Shown here piece after piece: positions 38,220-48,243 of a stretch of DNA of 64,000 nt (positions within the stretch are counted from its first letter, which is position 1; every line of letters starts with the position of its first letter). A program made the position numbers and the translations under genes. This DNA comes from Acidobacteriota bacterium (GTDB lineage Bacteria > Acidobacteriota > Vicinamibacteria > Vicinamibacterales > 2-12-FULL-66-21). The notes beneath the pieces were generated by a model. That model did not search any database. It was not told the DNA's origin and was given only the letters and a program-made list of their open reading frames with translations. The DNA is taken from contig JACPDI010000007.1 in the NCBI GenBank assembly GCA_016184105.1, positions 69,287 to 133,286 on the forward strand, in the 5' to 3' direction.

Positions 38220-41137
38220 GATGCCTTCCTCTGTGCCGCGCGCGAGGCTTTGATCAGGTCGCCCGCCTGCTGGATCAACGCCTCCTCCTGGAACGGCTTC
38301 ACGATGTAGCCGGTGGCGCCGAGCCCCATGGCTTTCTCGCGATGCTTGTCGCCGCCGCGCGAGGTCAGCATCACGATCGGCACCGAGCGGTACTGGCTCT
38401 GCGCGCGTATCGTCGCCAGGAATTCGTAGCCGTCCATGCGGGGCATCTCGATGTCGAGCAGGATCAGGTCGGGCGGATCCGACGCGCGGTGGATCAGCTC
38501 GAGCGCCTCGACGCCGTCGCGTGCCTGCACCGGGTTCCAGCCGGCCTTCTTGAGCGCGTTCGACAGCACGTGACGCATGCTCAACGAGTCGTCCACCACC
38601 ATCACCGTGTACGACTGCAGCTCGATGGCGGCGGCGCGCGGCGCCGCGGGGCGCACGCGCGGTTGGTCGGCGGTGCCGGCCAGGTCGGTTGGATTGAGGA
38701 TCAGGATGACGGTGCCGTCGCCCAGCAGCGTGGCGCCCCAGACGCCCGTCACGCGCCGGAGATGCGTCCCGAGCGTCTTCACGACCGCATCGCGGCTCTG
38801 CACGATCTCGTCGACGACGAGCGCCATGCGCCGGCCGCCCAGGTTCGCGATGAGCACGGGGCGATTGACGGACGTCTCGGCCGCACGCGGCAGATCGAGC
38901 AGCGACGACAGGTCGCGGAGCGGGTATGTGCGCCCGTCGACCTCCACGACGCGCTCGGTGCCGACCGAGGTGATGGCCGGCGCGTCAGGCCGCGCGATCT
39001 GGAGGACCGCGCCGAGCGGCAGGCCGACGGTCTGCCCGCCCGTGCGCACGAGCAGGATGCGGGTGATCGCCAGCGTCATCGGGACGCGGACGGTCAGCGT
39101 CGCGCCTGCGTTCGGGCGGGAGGCGATGCTCAGCCGGCCGCCGAGCCGCGTGACCTTCGCCTTCACGATGTCGAGGCCCACACCGCGCCCCGAGACCTCG
39201 CTCAGCCGGCGCGCGGTGCTGAAGCCGGGCTCGAACACGAGCGCGATGAGCTCTTCTTCCGAGAGCGTCCCGGCGTCCGCCTCCGACGCGTACCCGCGCT
39301 CGACGGCCGTGCGGCGGATGCGCTCGAGATCCAGGCCGGCGCCGTCGTCTTGAACTTCGATGAGGACGTCGGTGCCCTCGTGAGACGCGCGCACGGCAAT
39401 GCGCCCGCGCGCCGGCTTGCCGGCGGCGAGGCGCTCGGCCGGCGTCTCGATCCCGTGATCGACCGCGTTGCGAAGCAGGTGCAGCAGCGGGTCGCTCATC
39501 TCTTCGAGCAGCGTCTTGTCGAGCGCGACGTTCTCCCCCTCGAGCACGAGATCGGCCGCCTTGCCGCACTCCTCGGCGGTGACGCGCACCGCGCGCTCGA
39601 GCCGTGCCGCCAGCGTGACGAGCGGCACCATGCGGAACTCCATGACCTTGTCCTGGACTTCGCGCGTGAGCCGGCCGAGGCGCGTGAGATCGCCGTCGAA
39701 GTTGCCGATCGTCTCGGAGAGGCGGGTGCTGATCGTGCCGATGTCGCTCGCCGTTTCGGTCATCTCCCGCGACAGCAGGTGAAAGTCGGTGTACCGATCG
39801 AACTCCAGTTCGTCGAAGCCATGGCCCCCCGGCCCGGCCGAGGCCGCGACGTTGCCCGCCAGCGCGCGCACTTCGTAATCGGTCTCGAGCTTGAGCGCGA
39901 GGCGGCGCAGGCGCGCGGTGCTCAGCTTCAACTCGTCCACCTGCTCGACGAGGCCGGCGTAGTGCTGGTCGAACGAGGACCGGTTGATGACGAGCTCGCT
40001 GACCGACCGCACGAGTTCGCCGAGGCGTTCGAACGGCACGCGTACCACCTGCGAGCCGCCCCGACGCCGGTCCTCCGCGTTGCGGCGGCGATCCGGCCGT
40101 GTACGGCGCTCGGGCTCGCGGGGTTCCGCAGCGACAGCGGGTGCTGCCGGCGCGGCGCTGCCAGCGATCGCGCCGGGCGCCTGGCCGGCGGTTGTCGCGA
40201 CGGCCGGCGCCGTGCCCGTCCAGCCGACGGTGCGGTCGTACTCGGCGAGGAGGCGAACGAGGATCTCGCGAAGCGTCGCGGGATCGTCGGGAGGCGAGGC
40301 AATGAGATCGTCCAGCGCGTCGGAGGAACTGGTGATGAGCCGCATCGCCTCTGGAGTGGCGGCGGCGGTGCCGTCGTACAGGCGATCGAGCAGGTCCTCC
40401 ATCCGGTGGGCCAGCCGCGAGGCGGCCTTGTAGCCCACGATGCCCGCCGCCCCTTTGATGGTATGAACCGCGCGACGCAGTTCCTGCAGCGCGTCCCGAT
40501 CGTCGGGCGTCGAGCAGATGTGCGCCGTCAGGCGCGCGATGGCCTGCAGATTCTCCTGGGCCTCCTGCGCGAATACCTCGGCGAGCTCCTGTGGGACGGG
40601 TTCGGCGGGAACCAGGTCCAGGTCCAGGTCGTCATCGCCCCTGGGAGGCGGCGCCGGCGCCGCGGCGGGCGCGTGCTGCTCGAGCCCGCGGCGATCCAGC
40701 TCGATGAGATCGAGCAGCATCGCGTCCGGCTCCTCCGGATTGCAGCCGGCGAAATCCCTGTACGCCTTCGACAGCTCGAGCGCGACGTCGCTGGCGCACT
40801 CGCCGCGGCACGCGGCCTCGACGTACGCGGGACACTTCGGCACCGTCACTCGCAGCAGCGCCAGGACGGGCTCCGGCACGGCGCGCCCTTCGTTGACCGG
40901 CACGTCGAGCATCTCCTCCGCCTGGTTCAGCACGTGGCCGAGGGCGGCCAGTCCGACCATCGATGCCGCGCCCTTGAGCGCGTGGATCAGGCGGAACGCC
41001 TCGTGCGCCGCGGGACTCGGCGCGCCTTCCCGTTCCGCCACGTCGAGCGCCGCGAGCACGCGCGGCACGCTCGAGCGCACTTCCTCGGAGAATGCCGCGA
41101 CCGCGATGATGTCGAGCGGTCTGGTGATCGCCGTCAT
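38216..41137 (-). CDS. Hybrid CheA-type histidine kinase (2 x Hpt - dimerisation - HATPase - CheW - REC), ChpA-like
   Basis: It has Hpt motifs HALKGAASMVG and HTIKGAAGIVG, the kinase motifs DPLLHLLRNAVDHGIE and GRGVGLDIV, a CheW-like region, and a C-terminal REC (VMVVDDS...DLILLDIEMPRMDG...KPF). I chose the start MTAITRPL, which overlaps the cheR stop. Confidence 0.9.
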   Translation of the reverse strand: MTAITRPLDIIAVAAFSEEVRSSVPRVLAALDVAEREGAPSPAAHEAFRLIHALKGAASMVGLAALGHVLNQAEEMLDVPVNEGRAVPEPVLALLRVTVPKCPAYVEAACRGECASDVALELSKAYRDFAGCNPEEPDAMLLDLIELDRRGLEQHAPAAAPAPPPRGDDDLDLDLVPAEPVPQELAEVFAQEAQENLQAIARLTAHICSTPDDRDALQELRRAVHTIKGAAGIVGYKAASRLAHRMEDLLDRLYDGTAAATPEAMRLITSSSDALDDLIASPPDDPATLREILVRLLAEYDRTVGWTGTAPAVATTAGQAPGAIAGSAAPAAPAVAAEPREPERRTRPDRRRNAEDRRRGGSQVVRVPFERLGELVRSVSELVINRSSFDQHYAGLVEQVDELKLSTARLRRLALKLETDYEVRALAGNVAASAGPGGHGFDELEFDRYTDFHLLSREMTETASDIGTISTRLSETIGNFDGDLTRLGRLTREVQDKVMEFRMVPLVTLAARLERAVRVTAEECGKAADLVLEGENVALDKTLLEEMSDPLLHLLRNAVDHGIETPAERLAAGKPARGRIAVRASHEGTDVLIEVQDDGAGLDLERIRRTAVERGYASEADAGTLSEEELIALVFEPGFSTARRLSEVSGRGVGLDIVKAKVTRLGGRLSIASRPNAGATLTVRVPMTLAITRILLVRTGGQTVGLPLGAVLQIARPDAPAITSVGTERVVEVDGRTYPLRDLSSLLDLPRAAETSVNRPVLIANLGGRRMALVVDEIVQSRDAVVKTLGTHLRRVTGVWGATLLGDGTVILILNPTDLAGTADQPRVRPAAPRAAAIELQSYTVMVVDDSLSMRHVLSNALKKAGWNPVQARDGVEALELIHRASDPPDLILLDIEMPRMDGYEFLATIRAQSQYRSVPIVMLTSRGGDKHREKAMGLGATGYIVKPFQEEALIQQAGDLIKASRAAQRKAS

Positions 41138-41997
41138 GGCCGTACCTCTCTGCTCACTCGGCCGACGCGCCGGAACGCCCGGACGCCGGGCAGCGCGACC
41201 GGTTCCAACCCCGCCGGGCACTCGAACGGCGCTTCACCGGGGCCGAGGAGGAGATACCCTCCCGGCGTGAGCCGTGACCCCAGCATCGCGACGAACGGTG
41301 TGACCGCCGGCGGCGCGAAATAGATCAGGACGTTCTGACAGAAGATGACGTCGTGGTTGAGAAAGATGTCGCACGCCGAATAGAGATTGATCGCGAGAAA
41401 CCGCACACGGCGGCACAGCTCCGGATCGATGCCCCATGCCCCGCCGCCCCCGGCGGCTCGAACGAACTTCCGGCGGTACTCGGCCGGGATCGCCGACACG
41501 GCCTTCTCGCTGTACCGCCCGATCCGCGCCGCTTCCACGGTGCGGCGGCTGATGTCGGCCCCCCACACCAGGAACTCTCCGCCGAATGCCGGATCCGACA
41601 TCGCCGTCATCGCGAGCGAGTACGCCTCCTCGCCCGTGGAGCATCCCGCGCTCCACAAACTGAGGAGGTTCCGCCCGATGTCCGGCCGCCGCCGCAGCTC
41701 CGGCAGGATGTGCGTGCGCAGCGCCTCGAATGACGGCGGGTGGCGGAAGAACGAGGTTTCGTGGCTGATCAGCTGATCGATCAGCTCCGTCCACTCGCTC
41801 CCCCCCTTGCTCTCCTCCTCGAGCAGCTCGTAGTACTCGTCGCAGCTGGCCAGCCCGCGCGCGCGCATCCGCGCGGGCACGAGGCCGGCGAGCGCCGAGA
41901 GCTGCGGCTCCCGCAGCGCGAGCCCGCAGTGCCGCAGGAGCAGGTCGCCCCACGGCCCGCAGGACTCCGTGTCGGCCGGCGTCGGGAAGCCGATCAT
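41134..41997 (-). CDS. cheR: Chemotaxis protein methyltransferase CheR (PilK position)
   Basis: It has [12 protein letters not shown], the SAM-binding motif [17 protein letters not shown], and [11 protein letters not shown]. Confidence 0.9.
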   Translation of the reverse strand: MIGFPTPADTESCGPWGDLLLRHCGLALREPQLSALAGLVPARMRARGLASCDEYYELLEEESKGGSEWTELIDQLISHETSFFRHPPSFEALRTHILPELRRRPDIGRNLLSLWSAGCSTGEEAYSLAMTAMSDPAFGGEFLVWGADISRRTVEAARIGRYSEKAVSAIPAEYRRKFVRAAGGGGAWGIDPELCRRVRFLAINLYSACDIFLNHDVIFCQNVLIYFAPPAVTPFVAMLGSRLTPGGYLLLGPGEAPFECPAGLEPVALPGVRAFRRVGRVSREVRP

Positions 41998-43886
41998 CGC
42001 GCCGCCGATTCGGCCTGCCTGGCCGCGTCAGCCATCGGCACGACGTAGCCGCTTCCGTTGCCGTTGCCGTTGGTCGGCAGCTTGAACCGCGCGACCGACT
42101 TGTTGAGGCCGTCGGCCAGCGCCGAGAGCGATCCGATCGCGACGGCCGTCTCCTTCGTGCTCGTCGCCGTCGTGCGCGTGACCGAGGACATCTCGTTCAT
42201 CGACCGCGCGATCTGCTGCGACCCGCGCGCCTGCTGCTGCGCGGCGTCGGAGATCGCCTGGATCAGCTCGGCGAGGCGGTTCGACACGCCCTGGATTTCG
42301 GTGAGCGCGACGCCCGCCTCGTTCGCGATGGCCGACCGGTTCACGACCTCCCGCGTCGTGTCTTCCATCGCCGACATGACTTCCGCCGTCTCGCTCTGCG
42401 TCGTCTTGACGAGCATCGCGGCCTTCTTGGTCGCCTCGGTCGCGCGGTCCGCGAGCCGTTCGACTTCTTCGGCGACCACGCCGAACCCGCGGCCCGCCTC
42501 GCCGGCCATCGCCGCCTGGATCGACGCGTTCAGCGCGAGGATGCTCGTGCGGTCCGCGATGTCGCCGATGAGCTCGACGATCTCGCCGATCTCCTGCGAG
42601 CTCTCGCCGAGCCGCTTGATCCGCTTCGCGGTCTCCTGCACCTGGTCGCGGACGGCTTTCATCCCCTCGATCGTGCGGGCGACGGCGCGGGCGCCCTGCT
42701 CCGCGTTCGCGCGCGCCTGCTCGGCGACCGCCGCCGACGAGGACGCGTTTTCAGACACCTGGTTGATCGACGTCGCCATCTCCTCGATCGCGGCCGACGC
42801 CTCGATCGCCTGCGACGCCTGCGCCTCCGTGCCGGAGGCGAGCGACGAGGTGAACGACCGCAGCTCGACGAGCGAGCGGGAGACGTCGTGCGTCGCCCCC
42901 TGCACGTGGCCGATGATGCCCCGCAGCTCGGCGATCATGAAGTTGAAGGAGTCGGCGAGCGCGCCGGTCATGTCCGCGGTGACCTCCGCCTGCGCCGTGA
43001 GGTCGCCGTCCGCCACGCCGCTCACCTCGTCGAGCAGCTTCATGATGGCGGCCTGCATCGCGTCGCGCTCCTGGCGCGACTGCACGAGGGCGACCGTGTT
43101 GTCGAGCATCGTGTTGAGCGACCGGCCCACCATGCCCAGCTCGCTCTTCCCGGGATTCTCGACGCGGCTCGTGAAGTCGCCGACCGTGATGGCGTCGCAC
43201 ACCTTCACGAGCGAGTTCGCTTCATTCAGGATCGGGCCCTGGACGAAGTACTTCATGAACGGCAGGAGGACGACGAACGCCAGCAGCAGCGCGAGGATCA
43301 CGCCCACGTACGCGCGGCCGATCCCCTGCTCCACCTGGCGGCCGCCGGCCGCCATCCGGTCGCGGTACCGGACGAAGAACGCGCTCGACAGCGACTGCAG
43401 CTGGTCGACCGTGGCGCGCATCGCCTTCGCTTCCGGCCCGGTCGGGTCCGCCGCCATGAAGCTGCCGCTCTGCGCGGCCTCGCGCGCGCCCTCGAACTCC
43501 TGCTGGTACGTGGCGAGCGCGGCGCGAATGGCCTTCGCGGTCGCCTGCTCGTCCGGTTCGGTGGCCAGCGAGTCGATTTCCTTCAGGCGCTCGACCGCGT
43601 GTCCGTGCGCCGTTCTCCAGTTCTGCAGCTGGGCCATCGCCTCGCGCGACCGCGGCGCGTCGTCCAGGAAGAACGTGCGCTCGAATCGGACCAGCTCGGC
43701 GACGTGCAGCGCGAACTGCGCGGCGGCGCCCGCCATCTGCGCGTCCTTGTGCACGAGCTGTCTCGCCTGCTGGTCGACGGTCCGGATGCTCCACAGCCCC
43801 GCCGCCGTGCCGCCCGCCAGCATGACGGCCAGCACGGCGACCGTCAGGAGCAGCCGGCTTCTGATTTTCAGGTTCTTGCTTCGCAT
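41994..43886 (-). CDS. Methyl-accepting chemotaxis protein, PilJ-like
   Basis: The start is [14 protein letters not shown] followed by a TM segment. It has a four-helix-bundle-like periplasmic domain, a second TM and a HAMP domain. The segment [35 protein letters not shown] is followed by the conserved signalling hairpin ([34 protein letters not shown]). Confidence 0.9.
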   Translation of the reverse strand: MRSKNLKIRSRLLLTVAVLAVMLAGGTAAGLWSIRTVDQQARQLVHKDAQMAGAAAQFALHVAELVRFERTFFLDDAPRSREAMAQLQNWRTAHGHAVERLKEIDSLATEPDEQATAKAIRAALATYQQEFEGAREAAQSGSFMAADPTGPEAKAMRATVDQLQSLSSAFFVRYRDRMAAGGRQVEQGIGRAYVGVILALLLAFVVLLPFMKYFVQGPILNEANSLVKVCDAITVGDFTSRVENPGKSELGMVGRSLNTMLDNTVALVQSRQERDAMQAAIMKLLDEVSGVADGDLTAQAEVTADMTGALADSFNFMIAELRGIIGHVQGATHDVSRSLVELRSFTSSLASGTEAQASQAIEASAAIEEMATSINQVSENASSSAAVAEQARANAEQGARAVARTIEGMKAVRDQVQETAKRIKRLGESSQEIGEIVELIGDIADRTSILALNASIQAAMAGEAGRGFGVVAEEVERLADRATEATKKAAMLVKTTQSETAEVMSAMEDTTREVVNRSAIANEAGVALTEIQGVSNRLAELIQAISDAAQQQARGSQQIARSMNEMSSVTRTTATSTKETAVAIGSLSALADGLNKSVARFKLPTNGNGNGSGYVVPMADAARQAESAAR

Positions 43887-44575
43887 GATGCTTCCTCTCT
43901 CCGATCTTCGAACTGCCGGATGTCCGCCGAACGCAGCAGTCGCTCGAGGTCGAGCACGGCGACGAGCCGCTCGCCCACCTGCGACACGCCCGTGAGATAG
44001 GGCGCCAGCGCTCCCTCGATGGGCCCGGACGGGGGCTTCACCGAGTCGAGCGCCACGCCGACGATCTGCTCGACCGAGTCCACGAGCAGGCCCGCCGTGA
44101 ATTCCTCGTCGGCCAGCCGGACGACGAGCAGGCGTCCGGTATAGGGGGAGACCGCCTCGAGCCCGAGGAGCGCTCTCAGGTCGATCACCGACACGACATC
44201 GCCGCGCAGGTTCACCACGCCCCGCACCCAGGCGGGCACGTGGGGCACCGCCGTGATGCCGGGCACGCGCGCGACCTCGGAGACCAGCGCCTGCGAGACG
44301 CCGTACATCGACCCCGCCACGCCAAACAGGATCAGCCGCGTGCGCGGGCTCGCGGCCTCCGCCGGCGCGGCGTCTGCCGCGAGCGGCGCGGCCGCGTCGG
44401 ACGACAGCGCGTCGAGCAACGAACGATCGCCGTCGCCACCGGCAAGCGGCGGCGCTTCCGCCGATTCGCCGGGCGCCGGCGCCGGAGGCGGCATCGCGTC
44501 GCCGGGCGACGCCAGCCAGTCCTCCAGCAGCGACGACGGATCGATCTCCGGCTCGTGATGACGTCGGTCGTCCAT
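43868..44575 (-). CDS. cheW: CheW-like coupling protein (PilI position)
   Basis: The start MDDRRHH shares a TGATG overlap with the cheY stop. The CheW domain reads [25 protein letters not shown]...[19 protein letters not shown]. Confidence 0.85.
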   Translation of the reverse strand: MDDRRHHEPEIDPSSLLEDWLASPGDAMPPPAPAPGESAEAPPLAGGDGDRSLLDALSSDAAAPLAADAAPAEAASPRTRLILFGVAGSMYGVSQALVSEVARVPGITAVPHVPAWVRGVVNLRGDVVSVIDLRALLGLEAVSPYTGRLLVVRLADEEFTAGLLVDSVEQIVGVALDSVKPPSGPIEGALAPYLTGVSQVGERLVAVLDLERLLRSADIRQFEDRREEASCEART

Positions 44576-44937
44576 CACGACTGTCTCGCCACCGCGGCGA
44601 GCAGATCGGCATCCTGGTAGGGTTTGGCGATGTACTCGTCCGCCCCCTGCTTCATGCCCCAGAACCGATCGCTCTCCTGGTTTTTGCTGCTGACGAGGAT
44701 GATCTTGATGTCGCTCGTTCCCGCCGTCGTCTTGAGCTGCCGGCACACCTGGAAGCCGTTCTTCTTCGGCAGGATGATGTCGAGCACCACGATCGGCGGG
44801 TGGGTCGCCGATGCCTTGTCGATCGCTTCCTCGCCATCGACCGCGGTCGTCACCTCGTACCCGTGCTTCTTGAGCAGCGAGACGAGCATCTGCAGATCCG
44901 TCGGACTGTCATCCACGACGAGCACTTTCTTGGACAT
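44575..44937 (-). CDS. Single-domain response regulator, PilH-like CheY
   Basis: An AAGGAGAGG RBS precedes [14 protein letters not shown]. Further motifs are [12 protein letters not shown] and [23 protein letters not shown], which by recall is close to P. aeruginosa PilH. Confidence 0.88.
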   Translation of the reverse strand: MSKKVLVVDDSPTDLQMLVSLLKKHGYEVTTAVDGEEAIDKASATHPPIVVLDIILPKKNGFQVCRQLKTTAGTSDIKIILVSSKNQESDRFWGMKQGADEYIAKPYQDADLLAAVARQS

Positions 44938-44964
44938 TGGCCTCTCCTTGAGCATTCGCGCGGT

Positions 44965-46329
44965 CTAGCCATGCGCCACCTCCGGGCCGCCCGGGCAGTG
45001 CGTCGCGATCACCGCGAGCACGGCGGGCGCCTGGAACGGCTTGGTCAGGTACTCGGTCGCGCCCACCATGCGTCCCTTGACCTTGTCGAAGAACCCGTCC
45101 TTGCCCGAGAGCATCACGACGGGCACGTGCGCCGTGCGCGGGTCCTTCCTGATCCGCTTGCAGACCTCGTAGCCGTCGAGTTTCGGCATCGTGATGTCGA
45201 GCAGGATCAGGTCGGGCACGAACTGCGCGAGCCGCTCGACGGCGCGCTCGCCGTCCGGCTCCGCCACGACGGCGTAGCCCGCGCGCTCGAGCGTCATGCC
45301 GAGAATCTTGCGGATCGTCGCGCTGTCGTCGACGACCATGACGGTGCGCCGCTCCGCCGCGGCGGTGGCACGCGCGGCCGGCCCCTTTCGGCGCGCAGCG
45401 GACGCGGGTGCGGCGGGCGCCGGCGCCGGCGCTGCCGTCGCACGCGCCTGGAGCCGCGCGAGCCACGCGGCGGCGCGCTTGTGCGCGGGGTCGATGCGGC
45501 ACGCGGTCTCGACCGCGTTGCGGATCTCGGCCTCGTCGGCCGACGTGGACGCGATGCCGAGCCAGGCGTCCGGGTCGCGCTCGTCGAGCGACAGCGCTTC
45601 GCGCCAGCGCTCGTGCGCCTCGCCCTGCTGCCCCGCGGCGCCAAGCGCGGTGGCGTCGGCGACGAGCGCCTTCTTCAGCGCGGCGCCGCCGCCGGGATGC
45701 GCGGGGGCCACCCGCAGCAGCTCGCGGCACGCGCTCACCGCGTCGGCGGGACGCTCCGCCAGCCGCGCGAGCGCCTGCCAGACGCGCGGGTCCTCCGGGT
45801 TGATCGTCGCCGCCTCGCGGAACAGCGCGCGCGCCTCGGCGATCTTCGCGGTCTTGGCGCACAACACCGCCTGGTGCAGCACCGCCTCGTGCAGTCTGGT
45901 GCGGAATTCCTGGCGGTGCGGCGCCACCGCGGCCGCGTGGCGGAGCGCGTCCAGCCGCTGCGCGGGGTCGTCACTGAAGTGCGCCAGGGCCGCCCACGCG
46001 GTCTCGAGTTGCGGCGCCAGCTCCACGGCCTGCGCGAGCAGCGCGCGCGCGCCCGCCCGATCCTGCTCCGCGGCTGCAAGCGCCTGCGCGACGAGCAGCT
46101 TGCCGAACGCTTCGCGCGCGGGCCCGTGCGCGGGATCCACCTCGAGGACCTTCCGCAGGCACGTCACGGCGGTCGCCGCCTCCGGCGACGCGATCGCCAG
46201 CCAGAACCAGACGGCGGGGCTGTCCGGCGCCATCTCCGCGGCGTGCTCGAGCAGCGTGCGGGCGCGGTCGAACTCGCGCGCGTACGCGGCCGAGATGCCG
46301 TCGCGCAGGGATTCAGCCGCGCCGCGCAT
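44965..46329 (-). CDS. TPR-domain protein fused to a PilG-like receiver domain
   Basis: The C-terminal REC reads VMVVDDSATIRKIL...LLDITMPKLDGYEVC...VVMLSGKDGFFDKVKGRMVGATEYLTKPF, which by recall matches PilG's MLSSKDGLFDKAKGRIVGSDQYLTKPF. The N-terminal roughly 320 aa are TPR-like repeats. Confidence 0.85.
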   Translation of the reverse strand: MRGAAESLRDGISAAYAREFDRARTLLEHAAEMAPDSPAVWFWLAIASPEAATAVTCLRKVLEVDPAHGPAREAFGKLLVAQALAAAEQDRAGARALLAQAVELAPQLETAWAALAHFSDDPAQRLDALRHAAAVAPHRQEFRTRLHEAVLHQAVLCAKTAKIAEARALFREAATINPEDPRVWQALARLAERPADAVSACRELLRVAPAHPGGGAALKKALVADATALGAAGQQGEAHERWREALSLDERDPDAWLGIASTSADEAEIRNAVETACRIDPAHKRAAAWLARLQARATAAPAPAPAAPASAARRKGPAARATAAAERRTVMVVDDSATIRKILGMTLERAGYAVVAEPDGERAVERLAQFVPDLILLDITMPKLDGYEVCKRIRKDPRTAHVPVVMLSGKDGFFDKVKGRMVGATEYLTKPFQAPAVLAVIATHCPGGPEVAHG

Positions 46330-46735
46330 GCCCGTTCACCACCCGTTCGATGTGCCGCATGAGCCGCGGCAGCTCCACCGGCTTCGTCTGGTAGATGTCC
46401 ACGCCGCGCCGGACCGCCTCCTCCTGCGTCGCCTCAGACCCGTACGCCGTCAGCATCACGACGCACGCGACCGGGCTCCGCAGGCGCGCGTGCTCCGCGA
46501 TGCGCAGCCCCTCGCCGATGCGCCCCGGCGACAGATGGAGATCGGTGATGACGGCGTCGTACTGATGGAGGTCGAGCAGCTGCAATCCCTCTTCGGACCG
46601 CAGCGCGCAATCGACGTCGTAATCGGCGAGCGTGAAGAACGACCGGAGCGCGAGCACCGTCCCGAGCTCGTCGTCGACGATGAGAAGGCGGCTGCGTTGG
46701 ACGACAGGGTGGAGGGCGTCCGAGGCGGTTCCCAT
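46313..46735 (-). CDS. Stand-alone receiver-domain response regulator
   Basis: It has LLIVDDE, AVITDLHLSPG and TKP. I chose the start MGTASD, but no obvious SD precedes it, so the start is uncertain. Confidence 0.75.
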   Translation of the reverse strand: MGTASDALHPVVQRSRLLIVDDELGTVLALRSFFTLADYDVDCALRSEEGLQLLDLHQYDAVITDLHLSPGRIGEGLRIAEHARLRSPVACVVMLTAYGSEATQEEAVRRGVDIYQTKPVELPRLMRHIERVVNGHARRG

Positions 46736-46742
46736 GACGGCC

Positions 46743-46772
46743 CTGCCGGGGCAACCATCATGCCCCCGGCAG
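46743..46772. other. Stem-loop (9-bp perfect stem CTGCCGGGG/CCCCGGCAG, 12-nt loop) in the NtrC-REC intergenic region
   Basis: Read directly. On the minus strand it ends 8 nt before the ATG at 46735. Confidence 0.5.
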
Positions 46773-46872
46773 TTGTCAGGGCGCGCGAACCGCAAGTGCC
46801 GCGCGCGCGGTCAGTTGCCGCGTTCCGGGGGCGCTTTGCCGGGATGCGCGGCGCCGCGCCGGAGTCTGGCGT

Positions 46873-48243
46873 TCACACTTCAGTCCAGATTCTGGACGAC
46901 TTCAGCTTCTGGTACATCGTGCTGCGCGGAATCCCGAGCCGGCGCGCCGTGCGCGGCACGTTGCCCTGCTCTTCTTCCAGCACGCGCTTGATGTGCTGCC
47001 ACTCCAGTTCTTTCAGCGTGCTCGCGTTGGTCGCCGGCATCCCCTTGGCCGGCGGGCAGAACAACCGCAGGTCCGCGCGGCGCAGCACCGGCGACGAGGC
47101 CAGGAGCACGGCGCGCTCGAGCACGTTGCGCAGCTCGCGGACGTTGCCCGGCCACGTGTGGGCGACGAGCGCCTGCTCCGCATCGGGGCCGAGCTGCGGC
47201 ACGGGACGCCGGATGTCGCGCGCCAGCAGCGCGAGCAGGTGCTCGGCGATGGCCGGCACGTCCTCGACGCGGTCGCGGAGCGGCGGCAGCCGCAGCACCA
47301 CCGTGTTAATCCGGTAGTAGAGATCCTCGCGGAAACGTCCTCCAGCAACGAGCCGCGACAGATCGTGGTTGGTCGCCGCGATGAACCGGAGATCGACGCG
47401 TCGCTCGGCGACGTCGCCGAGCCTCCGGAAGCGCTTCTCCTCGACCACCTTCAGCAGCTTCGGCTGCAGCGACATGTCCATGTCGCCGATCTCGTCGAGG
47501 AACATCGTTCCCCGGTGCGCCGCCTCGAGCAGCCCGGGCTTCATGCCGGTCGCCCCGGTGAAGGCGCCCCGCTCGTGCCCGAACAGTTCAGACTCGAGCA
47601 GCTCGCGGGGCAGCCCCGCGCAGTTCAGCTCCACGAGCGACTCGCGCGAGCGGCTGCTCGACTGGTGGATCCACCGGGCCAGCACCCCCTTGCCGGTGCC
47701 CGTCTCCCCTTCGATGAGCACCGGGACCTCGCTCGACGCGACCGACCGCGCGTCGCGCGCCAGCGCCCGCATCGCGGCACTGCGGCACGCGAACAACACG
47801 TCCACCGGCGTCTCGACCCCGCGCGAGCGCGTGGCGTACAGGCGCCGGGAGTTCTGCTGGTGCTCGATGAGGCGCTCGATCAGCACCACGAGCGATCCCA
47901 GCTCCACCGGCTTGGTCAGAAACTGCTCGGCTCCTTCCTTGATGGCGGTGACGGCAAGCTCGATCGACCCGTGTCCCGTCAGCACCAGGACCGGCACGTC
48001 GACGGCATCCGCTTTCAGCCGCTTGAGGAGGTCAACGGCGTTGCCATCGGGGAGCGCGTAGTCGAGCAGCACGACGTCGGGAACGTCCACGTCCAGGCGC
48101 GCGCGCGCGGCTGCGCACGTGTCCGCCTCCTCGACCTCGTAGCCGGTGGCCTCCAGGTACGAGCGCACGCCCAGGCGCACGCTCGCATCGTCATCGACCA
48201 GCAGGATACGGCTCTTCAACACGGGTGACTCCTTGAGCGACAC
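46873..48243 (-). CDS. Sigma-54-dependent response regulator (NtrC family: REC - AAA+ - Fis-type HTH)
   Basis: It has ILLVDDD and VLLDYALPDG, Walker A GETGTGKG, the GAFTGA loop (ERGAFTGA), ESELFGHE, RFREDLYYRIN, and the C-terminal HTH RTARRLGIPRSTMYQKLK. Confidence 0.93.
   Translation of the reverse strand: MSLKESPVLKSRILLVDDDASVRLGVRSYLEATGYEVEEADTCAAARARLDVDVPDVVLLDYALPDGNAVDLLKRLKADAVDVPVLVLTGHGSIELAVTAIKEGAEQFLTKPVELGSLVVLIERLIEHQQNSRRLYATRSRGVETPVDVLFACRSAAMRALARDARSVASSEVPVLIEGETGTGKGVLARWIHQSSSRSRESLVELNCAGLPRELLESELFGHERGAFTGATGMKPGLLEAAHRGTMFLDEIGDMDMSLQPKLLKVVEEKRFRRLGDVAERRVDLRFIAATNHDLSRLVAGGRFREDLYYRINTVVLRLPPLRDRVEDVPAIAEHLLALLARDIRRPVPQLGPDAEQALVAHTWPGNVRELRNVLERAVLLASSPVLRRADLRLFCPPAKGMPATNASTLKELEWQHIKRVLEEEQGNVPRTARRLGIPRSTMYQKLKSSRIWTEV

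Noticed and set aside
46751-46764. A sigma-54-like GGCAT-N5-TTGC on the minus strand upstream of the stand-alone REC gene.
   Set aside because: The GC element is only 16 nt from the ATG, leaving essentially no leader. The motif also lies entirely within the loop and arm of a perfect 9-bp hairpin (46743-46772), which explains the sequence better.
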